Source of the DNA: Bacteroidota bacterium
GTDB lineage: Bacteria > Bacteroidota > Bacteroidia > NS11-12g > UBA9320
DNA: 52,355 nt
NCBI GenBank assembly: GCA_024645005.1
Contig: JAHEGS010000001.1
Location: forward strand, 1-52,355
Reading direction: 5' to 3'
Shown one piece after another: positions 36,289 to 46,621 of the stretch. Below the pieces are notes generated by a model. That model did no database searches and had not been told where the DNA came from. It saw only the letters and a list, made by a program, of their open reading frames with translations. Numbering within the stretch: the stretch's first letter is position 1; each line of letters starts with the position of its first letter. Position numbers and translations under genes: made by a program.

Positions 36289-38178
36289 TTAAGATTCCTC
36301 CACTTGAGGTGTTTTGGAGTTATTCCTTTTAACTTGTTTAATCGTGCTCAATTCTTTTTTGAGTCGATCAATGTGTTTTTTTGTTTTAGCGATTTTTTGC
36401 TCAAACTCTTTTAACATCTTGTCAGCCGTTTTAGAAGCAGCAAAGAATGACATATTGGTTTCTATGCTTGTTATTTCCTCATTGAGGTTTGCTATTTTAC
36501 GCTGGATGTTTTTTTCTTCCTTTTCTAGTGCTTGAATTCCTTTACTGGTGTTGATGATTTCAGCGTAATGCTCGGTTAAGTTTGCAGCCTTTTCGCTCTC
36601 TATCTGTTGACTATATTTTTTATACACAGCATTACTTGCTGAATCATAAGCCTTATTGATCCTATTAAGGTGTTTGTGAGGTACAAAACCGGTATTTCTC
36701 CATTCAATATTAATCTTTTTTAATGTTTGAAAGGCTGTTTTATTTTCTGTTTCACTCGCGGCAAGTTCCTGAAGCTGTGCAACTAATTCTTCTTTTTTCT
36801 TCAGATTGTCGTTTTCAAGTTCTCGTTTAACTGCGTTGGCTTTATTTTTAGCATCGAAGAAATAATCGCAGGCAGATCTGAATTTTTTCCATATTTTTTG
36901 GTTGTGTTTATCTGGAACAGGACCAATTTTCTTCCATTCTGCTTGAATTTGAATGATTTTTTTGGAAGTAGTTACCCAGTCTGTGCTTGATTTGAGTTCA
37001 TCCACTTGCTCGCATAGAATTTCTTTAAGCTTTAGATTTTTGTTTCGGATGTCATTTAATTCATTGAAGAATATTTTTTTCTGACTGAAGAAATCATTTC
37101 GATTACCATTAAAATTAATCCAAACAGCGTCTTTATTTGATTTTGGGACAGGACCAATTTTTTTCCATTCAGTGAAAAGATTTTCAAATAGTTTCGTTTT
37201 ATCGGACCATTCCTTAGGTGTGCGTGCCATTACAGCATTGATAAGTATGGCTTTTTCTAGGAGTATTTCTTTCTTTTTTAGGTTTTCAACCTTATGATTT
37301 TCAAGTTCTTCAATGGTCTTTTGCTTGGCTTCATGAACGGCATCAGAAGCTTTTTTAAACGCTTGCCAAATGGGTTCATTACTCTCTTTTGGAACGGGTC
37401 CTGTATTCTTGAACTCTTCATGGTACTTGTTTAGCATTATGAAGCATCTTTTTATGGATTTTTCTTCCATAAGACTTTCTACTTTTTTTGTTAGCTCAAT
37501 TTTATACGCTAGATTTTTTTGACGGTCTAATTCTTTTAGTTCTATGTTTATACTATGGTTGTCATAAAACTTATTTTGTAGGAGGTTGTATTTATCCCAA
37601 AGTTCATTCACCGATTCTTTTGGAAGAACTCGGATAGCTTTCCATTCTTTTTGGATTTCTTTTACTTCGTTGATAGTTTCTAGGGTTTCGTCTTTACTGA
37701 CAATCTCCTCAAGTTTTACAAGTAATTTTTTCTTTAACGTTAGATTATTCTTTTTTTCTAATTCTATTCGTTCTTTTTCTTCCTCTAATGCTTGTTTAAT
37801 TTGTTCCTCGATGCCTCGTATTTGTTCAATCAAGTGATGTTTTGAGAAACTAAATTCAGTATCAGATGTAGCCTCTTGGTTTCTAAACGTATCTAATTCA
37901 AGATCTTTTTCAGTATTGAATTTTTCATAAAATGCTTTTCTAATCAGACCAAAATGATCAGATGCCATTTTAGGAGTTTTGACAAGTAAAGATATAGCTA
38001 GTTCTATAAGATCTTCTAATGATTTGTTTTGAATCATTGACGAATCAAAATGATCATTATTGATGTCTTCATTGACAGGTGTTGTTTTTTGAACACGTTG
38101 AGTTTCATCAACAGTTATGTCATTAGAACTATTAATTTTCTTTGTTTTGTTCTTAGCTGTTAGGTTTTCTTCACTCAT
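36289..38178 (-). CDS. DUF349 domain protein
   Basis: Repeated EWKKIGPVP...W..F motifs; coiled-coil character. Confidence 0.92.
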   Translation of the reverse strand: MSEENLTAKNKTKKINSSNDITVDETQRVQKTTPVNEDINNDHFDSSMIQNKSLEDLIELAISLLVKTPKMASDHFGLIRKAFYEKFNTEKDLELDTFRNQEATSDTEFSFSKHHLIEQIRGIEEQIKQALEEEKERIELEKKNNLTLKKKLLVKLEEIVSKDETLETINEVKEIQKEWKAIRVLPKESVNELWDKYNLLQNKFYDNHSINIELKELDRQKNLAYKIELTKKVESLMEEKSIKRCFIMLNKYHEEFKNTGPVPKESNEPIWQAFKKASDAVHEAKQKTIEELENHKVENLKKKEILLEKAILINAVMARTPKEWSDKTKLFENLFTEWKKIGPVPKSNKDAVWINFNGNRNDFFSQKKIFFNELNDIRNKNLKLKEILCEQVDELKSSTDWVTTSKKIIQIQAEWKKIGPVPDKHNQKIWKKFRSACDYFFDAKNKANAVKRELENDNLKKKEELVAQLQELAASETENKTAFQTLKKINIEWRNTGFVPHKHLNRINKAYDSASNAVYKKYSQQIESEKAANLTEHYAEIINTSKGIQALEKEEKNIQRKIANLNEEITSIETNMSFFAASKTADKMLKEFEQKIAKTKKHIDRLKKELSTIKQVKRNNSKTPQVEES

Positions 38179-38222
38179 ATTTTACTAAAAAAAGAGTGCA
38201 AAAATGGTACATTTGACGCAAA

Positions 38223-39098
38223 ATGGCAACAATACCTGATAATAGTAAAGTCAAGATTGTAGAGTGTCCGAGAGATGCTATGCAAGGTATTCTCGATTTT
38301 ATTCCTACATCGGAAAAGGTAAGCTACATTAATGCATTATTGAAGGTGGGGTTCCACACGCTGGATTGTGGTAGTTTTGTGTCGCCAAAAATTATCCCCC
38401 AAATGAGGGATACAGAAGAAGTTTTGGAATCAATAGATTTATCCAATACCAATACTTTATTATCTGTAATCATTGCTAATGATAGAGGAGCAGATGAAGC
38501 TGTAAAATTCAAACAGGTTCATTGTTTGGGATATCCATTTAGCATATCGGAAACTTTTCAAAAGAGAAATACTAATAAAACCATTTTAGAATCGCTAGAT
38601 ACGGTTAAATATATATTAGATTTATGTTTAGATCATGACAAGCAAATGGTTGTCTATGTTTCAATGGGATTTGGTAACCCATATGGTGATGACTGGAATT
38701 CGGGTATTGTTACTGATTGGATTGGGAAATTAGCCGATCTTGGTGTCAAACAATTTTCATTATCGGATACAGTTGGTGTATCCACTGGAAAGAGTATTGA
38801 AGCTGTATTTAATGGATTAAAGCATTACACTCATACATTGGATATAGGTACTCATTTTCACACTACTCAAGATGCTTGGGAGAGAAAGATTAAAACAGCA
38901 TATAATAATGGTTGTAAAAAATTTGATGGAGCCATTAGAGGTTTTGGGGGATGTCCAATGGCTAAGGACGATTTAGTAGGGAATATGCCAACTGAATGCC
39001 TAGTTGATTTTTTTGGTAATGAAAAACTTCAACTTAATATCGAAGAATTTCAAAAATCAGTTCATTTAGCTGACCAACTATTCAAAAACTATTTATAA
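38223..39098 (+). CDS. Hydroxymethylglutaryl-CoA lyase
   Basis: ECPRDAMQG, GSFVSP, LSDTVG, HFH and GFGGCPMA motifs. Confidence 0.93.
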   Translation: MATIPDNSKVKIVECPRDAMQGILDFIPTSEKVSYINALLKVGFHTLDCGSFVSPKIIPQMRDTEEVLESIDLSNTNTLLSVIIANDRGADEAVKFKQVHCLGYPFSISETFQKRNTNKTILESLDTVKYILDLCLDHDKQMVVYVSMGFGNPYGDDWNSGIVTDWIGKLADLGVKQFSLSDTVGVSTGKSIEAVFNGLKHYTHTLDIGTHFHTTQDAWERKIKTAYNNGCKKFDGAIRGFGGCPMAKDDLVGNMPTECLVDFFGNEKLQLNIEEFQKSVHLADQLFKNYL

Positions 39099-40756
39099 CC
39101 AATTACAATTTTTTTGGCTGTATGAATAGAATTACACTCAATTGTCATGAAATAGACACCTTGAGTTAGGTGAGATACATCGATGGAATGATGATCGTTT
39201 ATTTCTCGAATCATTTTACCATTGGAGTTAAATAATTTTATTTTAGGTTTACCTTGAGCTATAGAAGGGTCTATTTTGACAGATACACGATTTTTTGCAG
39301 GATTTGGGTAGATTGATATAAGATCTGAATAGTTATACTGTGTGATGCTACCTGTAGTAGAAACAGCTATGTAATCTTTTATTTTTTTAGCATTTGTTCC
39401 AAAGTCATTGGTTATTTCCAATGAAACCTCGTAAAATCCGGCATCTGTAAATCGAACACTCATTATTTCAGAACTAATGTCACCATTGGTTATTTCATAG
39501 GTGTTTGGGCTAAGTGTCCAGGTTCTACTCGTTGGTTCTTGTCCAGAAGATATGTCCTCTAAGGTTATAGTTTCATTGACTAGGGCATTGGTTCTACTTG
39601 CTTTAAAGTTTGCAAATGGGGCAAGGTCGTTAATGGTAATTTTTCGAATGACATGACTCGAGACAAGGATACTATTCTCAGTAGCATATAGGTTACCCTG
39701 ATTGTCTGTTGTTAAGTCACTTATTTCAGTAAATGCTGCTGCTTTACCCAAGCCATCAATAATCTCAAATTTGCTAACATCACCAGCAAATGTGGTTACT
39801 GAGTTATTTTTTTCGTCAATTGCTCTGATTGTATTTTGATCTGCAACATAGATAATACCGTTGACTACAGTAATTCCTTTAGGTGACTTAAAACGAGCCT
39901 CAGTTAATGTGCCGTCAACTTGTCTTGAGTCAGCTTTAGAGGTAGGACCAGCAAGGGTAGATGTCTCACCAGAATAAATGTTTATCTTTCGAATATTTGT
40001 GTTCCAAGGGTCTGAGACTACGATGGAGTTTTCATTGTAAATAGCAACGCCCCATGGATTACCGAATCGAGCAGATGAGCCTGTTGATGCATCATTAAAC
40101 CCTTCAGATAAAGCTTTACCAGCAAGGGTAGATACTCTTCCACCTGAAGTAATTTTACGAATAGTCATATTATCATAATCAGTTACATAAAAATTCCCTT
40201 CATTGTCAATAGCTATATCCATAGGTCTATTGAAACGAGCAGCAGATGAAATGCCATCATTACTACCAGAGGTACCATACCCAGGAAGTCCCGGAGTGGG
40301 CATTGCTCCTGCAAAAGTGGATACTACTTGACCGTTACCCAGGTTGACATACTTTTCAATTTTGCGTATGCAGTGGTTGTCTACATCTGCAACGAAAATA
40401 TTTCCTTTTGCATCTGAAACCATTCCACAAGGGTTTCTGAATGTGGTTTGAGTACCCGTGCCATTTTTATAACCTTCAGAAAAAGAAGGTTGTTGAAGAC
40501 TGCCAGCACGAATATGCAGCTTGTCCGTTATTAATCTAATCTTATTAATTTCTGAAATGTAAATGTTCCCAGATGGATCTGTGCAAATACCATTAGGTGA
40601 ACTAAAATAAGATTCTAAAAGATTCAAACTGGAGGATGATTCATAGTTGTTTTGATAATCGTCACTTGCTTTACCTGCATATGTAACTACATTTTGAGCA
40701 AATATTGAGGAGGTAGCCAGTCCTAATGTGATGATTAAAGTGATTATTTTTTTCAT
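39089..40756 (-). CDS. T9SS-secreted NHL-repeat beta-propeller + PKD domain protein
   Basis: A(R)F..P.GI..D..GN.YVAD..N..IRKI repeats; PKD-like region; C-terminal IYPNPA...GVYF..I...KKIV. Confidence 0.88.
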   Translation of the reverse strand: MKKIITLIITLGLATSSIFAQNVVTYAGKASDDYQNNYESSSSLNLLESYFSSPNGICTDPSGNIYISEINKIRLITDKLHIRAGSLQQPSFSEGYKNGTGTQTTFRNPCGMVSDAKGNIFVADVDNHCIRKIEKYVNLGNGQVVSTFAGAMPTPGLPGYGTSGSNDGISSAARFNRPMDIAIDNEGNFYVTDYDNMTIRKITSGGRVSTLAGKALSEGFNDASTGSSARFGNPWGVAIYNENSIVVSDPWNTNIRKINIYSGETSTLAGPTSKADSRQVDGTLTEARFKSPKGITVVNGIIYVADQNTIRAIDEKNNSVTTFAGDVSKFEIIDGLGKAAAFTEISDLTTDNQGNLYATENSILVSSHVIRKITINDLAPFANFKASRTNALVNETITLEDISSGQEPTSRTWTLSPNTYEITNGDISSEIMSVRFTDAGFYEVSLEITNDFGTNAKKIKDYIAVSTTGSITQYNYSDLISIYPNPAKNRVSVKIDPSIAQGKPKIKLFNSNGKMIREINDHHSIDVSHLTQGVYFMTIECNSIHTAKKIVIGYK

Positions 40757-40766
40757 TTGAATGAGA

Positions 40767-41735
40767 CTAATTTTTTAATGTGCTTATAAATTCGTTAACT
40801 CTATTTTCTATAGTCTGAGAAACCTGATTGTAATTTCTTTTTTGGAATTTATCTCCTGTTATGTTCTCATAAAGTTCAATGTATCGTTGGGATACTTCTT
40901 CAACAAAATCATCGGGCATTGAAGGTAGTATTTGTCCTTCCAAACCTTGGAAATTATGAGCTATTAACCATTGCCTTACGAATTCTTTAGATAGTTGTTT
41001 TTGTTGTTGGTCCTTTTTCTGAATTTCCTCATACCCATCCTTATAAAAATATCTTGATGAATCTGGAGTATGTATTTCATCTATGAGCATGATTTGGTCG
41101 TCTTTTTTACCAAATTCATATTTAGTATCAACTAGGATAAGACCCTGTTCTTCAGCATGATTTGATCCGTATTCAAATAATTTTAAGGCGTACTTCTCTA
41201 ATTTGTCAAGGTCTTTCTTTTTGATGAGACGTTGAGCAAGTATTTCTTCTTTTGTTATGTCTAAGTCATGCCCACTTTCTGCTTTTGTAGATGGTGTTAG
41301 GATGGGTGATGGGAGCTTATCGTTTTCTTTTAGACCATCTGGTAAGCTGACACCACAAAGTTCTCTTTTACCTGAATTATATTCTCTCCAAGCATGCCCG
41401 GCTAGATAACCTCTAACCACAAATTCTACATGGAAAGGTTCGCATTTATAACCAACTGTTACATTTGGATCAATTTCTTCTATTTTCCAATTAGCAACAA
41501 TATGTTGTGTGTCATCTAAAAATTTTGACGCAATTTGATTTAAAACTTGTCCCTTAAATGGTATAGGATTAGTTAATACATGATCGAATGCAGATATACG
41601 ATCACTTGCAATCATTACAAGGTGTTCATCACCGATAACATATATATCACGCACTTTTCCTCTATTAAAAGAAACTTGGTCTTTGAAGAAGAAGTTGGTT
41701 GATAGTAATGTATCTTGGTTTAGGTTGTTCATCAT
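40767..41735 (-). CDS. purC: SAICAR synthase
   Basis: RGKVRDIY, SDRISAFD, DTKYEFG and DEIHTPDSSR motifs. Confidence 0.96.
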   Translation of the reverse strand: MMNNLNQDTLLSTNFFFKDQVSFNRGKVRDIYVIGDEHLVMIASDRISAFDHVLTNPIPFKGQVLNQIASKFLDDTQHIVANWKIEEIDPNVTVGYKCEPFHVEFVVRGYLAGHAWREYNSGKRELCGVSLPDGLKENDKLPSPILTPSTKAESGHDLDITKEEILAQRLIKKKDLDKLEKYALKLFEYGSNHAEEQGLILVDTKYEFGKKDDQIMLIDEIHTPDSSRYFYKDGYEEIQKKDQQQKQLSKEFVRQWLIAHNFQGLEGQILPSMPDDFVEEVSQRYIELYENITGDKFQKRNYNQVSQTIENRVNEFISTLKN

Positions 41736-41782
41736 TTTAATTTATTCAAATTTATAAATAAGTATGTATTGAAAAAGGTTAC

Positions 41783-42796
41783 TCAGATAGTCTTTAATGT
41801 TGATAAAAATTGAAGTGTATTTTTATTGTCTGCAAAATCTTTTAAATCAGGATATTGAGCCTTTCCGAAGGGAACAACTTTTGTGGATGAATAATTTCCA
41901 ACTATGCATTGAATGTCCTCTTTATTTTGAAGAATGAACGCTTCAACTTCATCAATAGACTCGTAAAAGTCGTAGTGAATACATGCAAGAGGGGCAAGTA
42001 GATCTTGTCTTTTTTTGGGAAGCAAGAAACCGGTATCCAAATGTTGTTCATTATTCATCAACAATAGTGCTTTATGGTAGGTGTAGTTGTTAGCGTACTT
42101 ATTGTGATTGATTAAATCACTATAATCTATCATGGCATCCAAAACATCCTCGATGCGTATCCGATGTGGAATAAATAGTTGACTTACATTTCTACAACCA
42201 AGACCAAAATAAGTTAATATGTCATGGGCCAATAGTTTTAAATCTTTCTCAGTTTCTGATCCATCTAAAATGGCGATTGATTTTCTGTTCTTTCGAAGTA
42301 GTCTGGGTAAATGTTTAAAGTACGATTCGAAGTATCGAAATGAATTATTGCTGCCGGTGGCTATTACTGCTTCAATAGAATGAAGTTTTTCAGATATAGA
42401 AATTCGATTTTTGAGTTTTGGATTGAATGATATCAGGACACGTATGAAATAGTTGATGACAAAAGGGTCATCACTTGATAATTTTACCTGTGCTTTGTGA
42501 CCCATTAATAATACGCATAGTAAATCATGGAATCCTACCATTGGTATGTTGCCAGCCATAATGATTCCAACAGTTTGAGGATTCAATACCATCAGGTAAT
42601 CAGAAATAAATTTTTGAATACTATCAAGAGTTAATGAATCTTTCCAATGATTGATACTTTTCCAATAATTATCAGGAGTCAACCAGTTGTTATTAGTATA
42701 TGTTTGATTTACAGCATCGTTCAAATCCTGATTATTTTGATTAAGCTTTGAGGACAAATGACAAAATGCGGAAATGAGATCTTCTTGCGATACCAT
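41783..42796 (-). CDS. Acyl-CoA reductase (LuxC-like)
   Basis: GIIMAGNIPMVGFHD, VIATGSNN and YFGLGCRNVS motifs. Confidence 0.88.
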   Translation of the reverse strand: MVSQEDLISAFCHLSSKLNQNNQDLNDAVNQTYTNNNWLTPDNYWKSINHWKDSLTLDSIQKFISDYLMVLNPQTVGIIMAGNIPMVGFHDLLCVLLMGHKAQVKLSSDDPFVINYFIRVLISFNPKLKNRISISEKLHSIEAVIATGSNNSFRYFESYFKHLPRLLRKNRKSIAILDGSETEKDLKLLAHDILTYFGLGCRNVSQLFIPHRIRIEDVLDAMIDYSDLINHNKYANNYTYHKALLLMNNEQHLDTGFLLPKKRQDLLAPLACIHYDFYESIDEVEAFILQNKEDIQCIVGNYSSTKVVPFGKAQYPDLKDFADNKNTLQFLSTLKTI

Positions 42797-42935
42797 ATTT
42801 GTGCGAAATTGATACTTGTTCGGCTAGAAATTATCTAAACATTAAAATACTTACCCACGATATGTCCATTCTTGATAGAGTTACATTCATAACAAGAAGC
42901 TTAATTGACTATTTTTGAAAAACATTAAATTAGCA

Positions 42936-43343
42936 TTGTCAAGGATATTAGCATTAGATTTTGGGGGTAAACGTACAGGAATTGCTGTTACAGACCCGTT
43001 ACAGATAATAGCATCACCCTTGATTACTGTTCAAACATCTAGTTTGATGGATTTTCTAACTAACTATTTCAACCAAGAAAATGTGAGTACACTTGTTGTG
43101 GGACAACCAACACGCCACGATGGTAGTTTTTCATCGATTGAAAAAGATATTTTGATATTTATTGAAAAGTTTAAAAAGAAGTATCCTAACATAGCTATTC
43201 ATCGGATTAATGAGATGTACAGTTCAAACGATGCAATGAAGGCATTGATTGATAGTGGTGTTAAAAAGAAAAAAAGGAAGGACAAGAAATTGTTGGATAG
43301 CACAGCAGCTACTATACTTTTGCAAGAGTTTTTATATAAATAA
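42936..43343 (+). CDS. ruvX: YqgF/RuvX family nuclease
   Basis: RILALDFGGKRTGIAVTDP and LDSTAATILLQ motifs; TTG start at 42936 (or 42915). Confidence 0.92.
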   Translation: MSRILALDFGGKRTGIAVTDPLQIIASPLITVQTSSLMDFLTNYFNQENVSTLVVGQPTRHDGSFSSIEKDILIFIEKFKKKYPNIAIHRINEMYSSNDAMKALIDSGVKKKKRKDKKLLDSTAATILLQEFLYK

Positions 43344-43897
43344 TGATATACCCCATACGTGCATATGGAGACCCTGTACTAAGGGCGAAATGTGAAGAAA
43401 TCGTAAATTTTGATGAAGACTTAGATAACTTGATTCAAAGTATGTATAAAACCATGGATGCGAGTGATGGTGTCGGTCTTGCTGCCCCTCAAATAGGGAA
43501 ACCATTACGTTTGTTTATGATTGATTCTACTCATTTTAAAGATTATGAAGAAGTTGGGATTCGTCAGGTTTTTATCAATCCGCAAATTATTGAAGAAGTG
43601 GGTGAGGACTGGGCTTTCGAAGAAGGGTGCTTGAGTATCCCTGATGTAAGGGAAGACGTAATAAGAAAGTCATCCCTCAAAATTCGATATCAAAATCAAA
43701 AAGGTGAGGTTTTAGAGGAAGCCTTTGATGGTATGAATGCTCGAGTAATTCAACATGAATATGATCACATTGAAGGAGTTCTATTTATCGATCATATTTC
43801 AGCATTCAAACGTCAGCTATTGAAAGGGAAATTAAGTAATATTAGTCGTGGAAAGATCAATGTTCGTTATCGCATGAAATTTCCTAAGAGAAGTTAA
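43343..43897 (+). CDS. def: Peptide deformylase
   Basis: GVGLAAPQIG, EGCLS and QHEYDH motifs. Confidence 0.97.
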   Translation: MIYPIRAYGDPVLRAKCEEIVNFDEDLDNLIQSMYKTMDASDGVGLAAPQIGKPLRLFMIDSTHFKDYEEVGIRQVFINPQIIEEVGEDWAFEEGCLSIPDVREDVIRKSSLKIRYQNQKGEVLEEAFDGMNARVIQHEYDHIEGVLFIDHISAFKRQLLKGKLSNISRGKINVRYRMKFPKRS

Positions 43898-44754
43898 TGG
43901 TCGCTTACCTTAAAATTTATAGACCATTAAATCTATTTTTTATGGGTTTGGCTCAATTTTTTTGTGCTTACTATTTAGATCAGTATGCATCGATTAATTC
44001 AGTTTTTAATGGGGGGCTAATATGGTTGATCATTGGAACAGTCTCATGTGCATCTTTTGGCTACTGGATTAATGATTATTATGATCAGGAAAGAGATCTT
44101 AGAAATAAGAATAGACCATCTCATATTGCAAAGCTTTCCATAATTAATGTTTATTTTCACCTAATTCTATTTATTTTTATAGCTTTCATATCGGGTTTTC
44201 TTCTAGGAACTTGGTTTTTAGTTCTATTTTTATTTTCAATTTTATTGCTATTCCTTTATAGTTGGAAGTTGAAGGACCTTCCTATTATCGGAAATTTGAT
44301 TATATCTCTATTGAGTTTTTATAGTATCTATAGTATTATCATGTTGTCATCAGCAGTTGATGGCTTTTTAATACTTCATTTCAGCGTTTTTTCTGGGCTA
44401 GTTACACTATGTAGAGAAATTATTAAAGATATAGAAGATATCAGCGGTGATAGGGAATGTGGAAGCAGGACATTGCCTATTGTATTCGGAATCAAGACAG
44501 CAAATAATACAATTTATTTGATTTTACTGTTTTTAATTTCCTTACTTATTTTCTCATACTACTATCAGTCACAATATTTTCAAGGGTCGCATAAATATGT
44601 TTTTTACACATATTGTCTCGTTTTTGTTGTATTACCTTTATATAAGGCTGCGATTGATATCCGGTCTGCAAGCAAAAAATCAGATTATACTCGTTTGAGT
44701 TTATTAATGAAGTACGTCATTTTTACAGGAATTTTTTCAATATTATTTTTTTAA
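43897..44754 (+). CDS. UbiA-family prenyltransferase (DGGGP-synthase-like subfamily)
   Basis: INDYYD..RD..NK and REIIKDIEDISGD...G..TLP motifs; polytopic. Confidence 0.85.
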   Translation: MVAYLKIYRPLNLFFMGLAQFFCAYYLDQYASINSVFNGGLIWLIIGTVSCASFGYWINDYYDQERDLRNKNRPSHIAKLSIINVYFHLILFIFIAFISGFLLGTWFLVLFLFSILLLFLYSWKLKDLPIIGNLIISLLSFYSIYSIIMLSSAVDGFLILHFSVFSGLVTLCREIIKDIEDISGDRECGSRTLPIVFGIKTANNTIYLILLFLISLLIFSYYYQSQYFQGSHKYVFYTYCLVFVVLPLYKAAIDIRSASKKSDYTRLSLLMKYVIFTGIFSILFF

Positions 44755-44767
44755 ATTCGTTTATAAA

Positions 44768-45337
44768 ATGAGAGTGCTATTGGGATCTAAGTCACCAAGA
44801 AGAAAGGAATTACTAAACAAGTTAGCTATCAACTTCGAATTAGTATCCATTGAATGTGATGAAGATTTTCCAGCAGAGATACCACATACTTATGTTGCTC
44901 AATATTTATCTGAGAAAAAGTCTTCTGTATATAAGCAATTAGAAGATTCAGATTTATTAATTACAGCTGATACTGTTGTATTAATTAATGATTCATTATT
45001 AAATAAACCTAAAAATAGGAAAGAAGCCATATATATGCTGGACTTGATCAGTGGCAAAACACATCAGGTCATTACGGGTGTTACACTACGAACAAATTCG
45101 AAAACGATTTCATTTTCAAGTCAGACAGATGTTACGCTTAATACGATTGATTCAAATGACCAAAAATTTTATGTAGATAATTACCCTGTTATGGATAAGG
45201 CTGGTGGTTACGGAATACAAGATTGGATAGGTTTATCCCATGTAAAATGGATTAAAGGTTGCTACTTCAACGTAATGGGTTTGCCAACAAGTATGTTATA
45301 TAAGCGTTTAAAATACGATTTTAATTATGAGAGTTAG
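44768..45337 (+). CDS. maf: Maf nucleotide pyrophosphatase
   Basis: LGSKSPRRKELL, TADTVV, DKAGGYGIQ and NVMGLP motifs. Confidence 0.95.
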   Translation: MRVLLGSKSPRRKELLNKLAINFELVSIECDEDFPAEIPHTYVAQYLSEKKSSVYKQLEDSDLLITADTVVLINDSLLNKPKNRKEAIYMLDLISGKTHQVITGVTLRTNSKTISFSSQTDVTLNTIDSNDQKFYVDNYPVMDKAGGYGIQDWIGLSHVKWIKGCYFNVMGLPTSMLYKRLKYDFNYES

Positions 45338-45821
45338 ATTTTTATTTGTCTATATATTCTGTTTAATTAGTTGGTTTGTAAGTGCTCAAAATAAAGATCT
45401 AGTATCACAATTATTGACTGGATATGAGATAAATTATTTTGGTAAAAATGGATTTGTTCATGGTCGATTTGTTAAAAAAAATCATGTTATGGAAGCAGGC
45501 ATTAATTATAATTTTTCGGATGGTTTTTCAGATAATCCAGTACTAGGTGTTGGTGTATATTATGGATATCAGATTTCTACTTCAAAAAAATGGAGCACAT
45601 CATTAGGGATAGATTATAGAAGACAAAAGCCCCTAAAAATCGTTAACATTCAAACTTGGTGTTATTCTACGTCAGTTGAGTATAGCCATAATAAAAATTG
45701 GTCATTACTCTCAAGAATCGGTTATGGTGTTGCAATAGAACGATCAGCTTCTGCTGGTAGTTTTGATCAGTTTAATAATTTAACAGGTAGTTTATCTATT
45801 TCATGCGTATATCATTTGTAG
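45327..45821 (+). CDS. Exported hypothetical protein, possible small beta-barrel
   Basis: Signal peptide ..VSA-Q; beta-strand pattern; in operon context. Confidence 0.65.
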   Translation: MRVRFLFVYIFCLISWFVSAQNKDLVSQLLTGYEINYFGKNGFVHGRFVKKNHVMEAGINYNFSDGFSDNPVLGVGVYYGYQISTSKKWSTSLGIDYRRQKPLKIVNIQTWCYSTSVEYSHNKNWSLLSRIGYGVAIERSASAGSFDQFNNLTGSLSISCVYHL

Positions 45822-46621
45822 TATTTATAAGTATTACACTTCTCTGTTGCAAAAGGCATGAGATAAAGAAAAACACCGTATTGATTTTTGGTCATGGCGG
45901 TATGGGATTTGATAATCTTAATGGACAATTTGCACCCAATTCTGTGGCTAGCATATCAAAAGCACTGGATTTTTATGATTTAGATGGGGTAGAAGTTGAC
46001 ATCCAGTTCACCAAAGATGGTAATTTGATTGTTTTTCATGATAACTATCTAGAAAATTCTACGCAATGCAAAGGTTTAGTAAATAGTTTAAATTTTAACG
46101 AAATAGGTGATTGCTACTACAGAAAACAGTATTCAAATCAATATACGGAGACAATTATTTCTTTTGATAGCTTAATAACATTGATAAATACCCATTGGAA
46201 TCGAAAATTATTTAGTTTGAATATCAAGAATAACTTCAATATACCATTTAAAGTAGACTCGTTAGGAGGCATTCTTAATCAAAAATTACAGAAACTTTAT
46301 TCTACCAACAACATTTTCATAGAATGCAATGATGCTAACATTTTGTATGCTTTAAACAGAAGAAATAAATATCAATGTATGCTAGTTTCAGATCTGGATT
46401 CTGCAGGAGTGCAGGATGTATTTAGATTTGGGCTAGATGGGATTGTATCCAATTTTAAAAAAATGGATAGCGGATTGACACAACATTTAATAGATAGTGC
46501 CAAAAAAGTAGTGGTGTATGGACAAATCTCACCAAGAGATTATAGGAGTGTAGATTATAAAAATATTTACGGAGTGCAAATAGATAATCCTATAGCAGCA
46601 GTAAAATATTTTAGATATTAA
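45803..46621 (+). CDS. Glycerophosphodiester phosphodiesterase family lipoprotein
   Basis: GHGG, GVEVDIQFTKDG and VFHD motifs; Cys lipobox. Confidence 0.85.
   Translation: MRISFVVFISITLLCCKRHEIKKNTVLIFGHGGMGFDNLNGQFAPNSVASISKALDFYDLDGVEVDIQFTKDGNLIVFHDNYLENSTQCKGLVNSLNFNEIGDCYYRKQYSNQYTETIISFDSLITLINTHWNRKLFSLNIKNNFNIPFKVDSLGGILNQKLQKLYSTNNIFIECNDANILYALNRRNKYQCMLVSDLDSAGVQDVFRFGLDGIVSNFKKMDSGLTQHLIDSAKKVVVYGQISPRDYRSVDYKNIYGVQIDNPIAAVKYFRY

Noticed and set aside
41783-42796. LuxC-like reductase as a sign of bioluminescence
   Set aside because: No luxA/B/D/E in the window; stand-alone homologues are common in Bacteroidota.
42903-42912. AATTGACTAT upstream of ruvX is complementary to the candidate sRNA (15907-15916)
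   Set aside because: A 10-nt AT-rich match is plausible by chance in 52 kb, and it lies at or upstream of the likely promoter, so it may not be transcribed.
42862-42918. 18-codon ORF MSILDRVTFITRSLIDYF upstream of ruvX
   Set aside because: Too short, with no attenuator structure or biased codon run.
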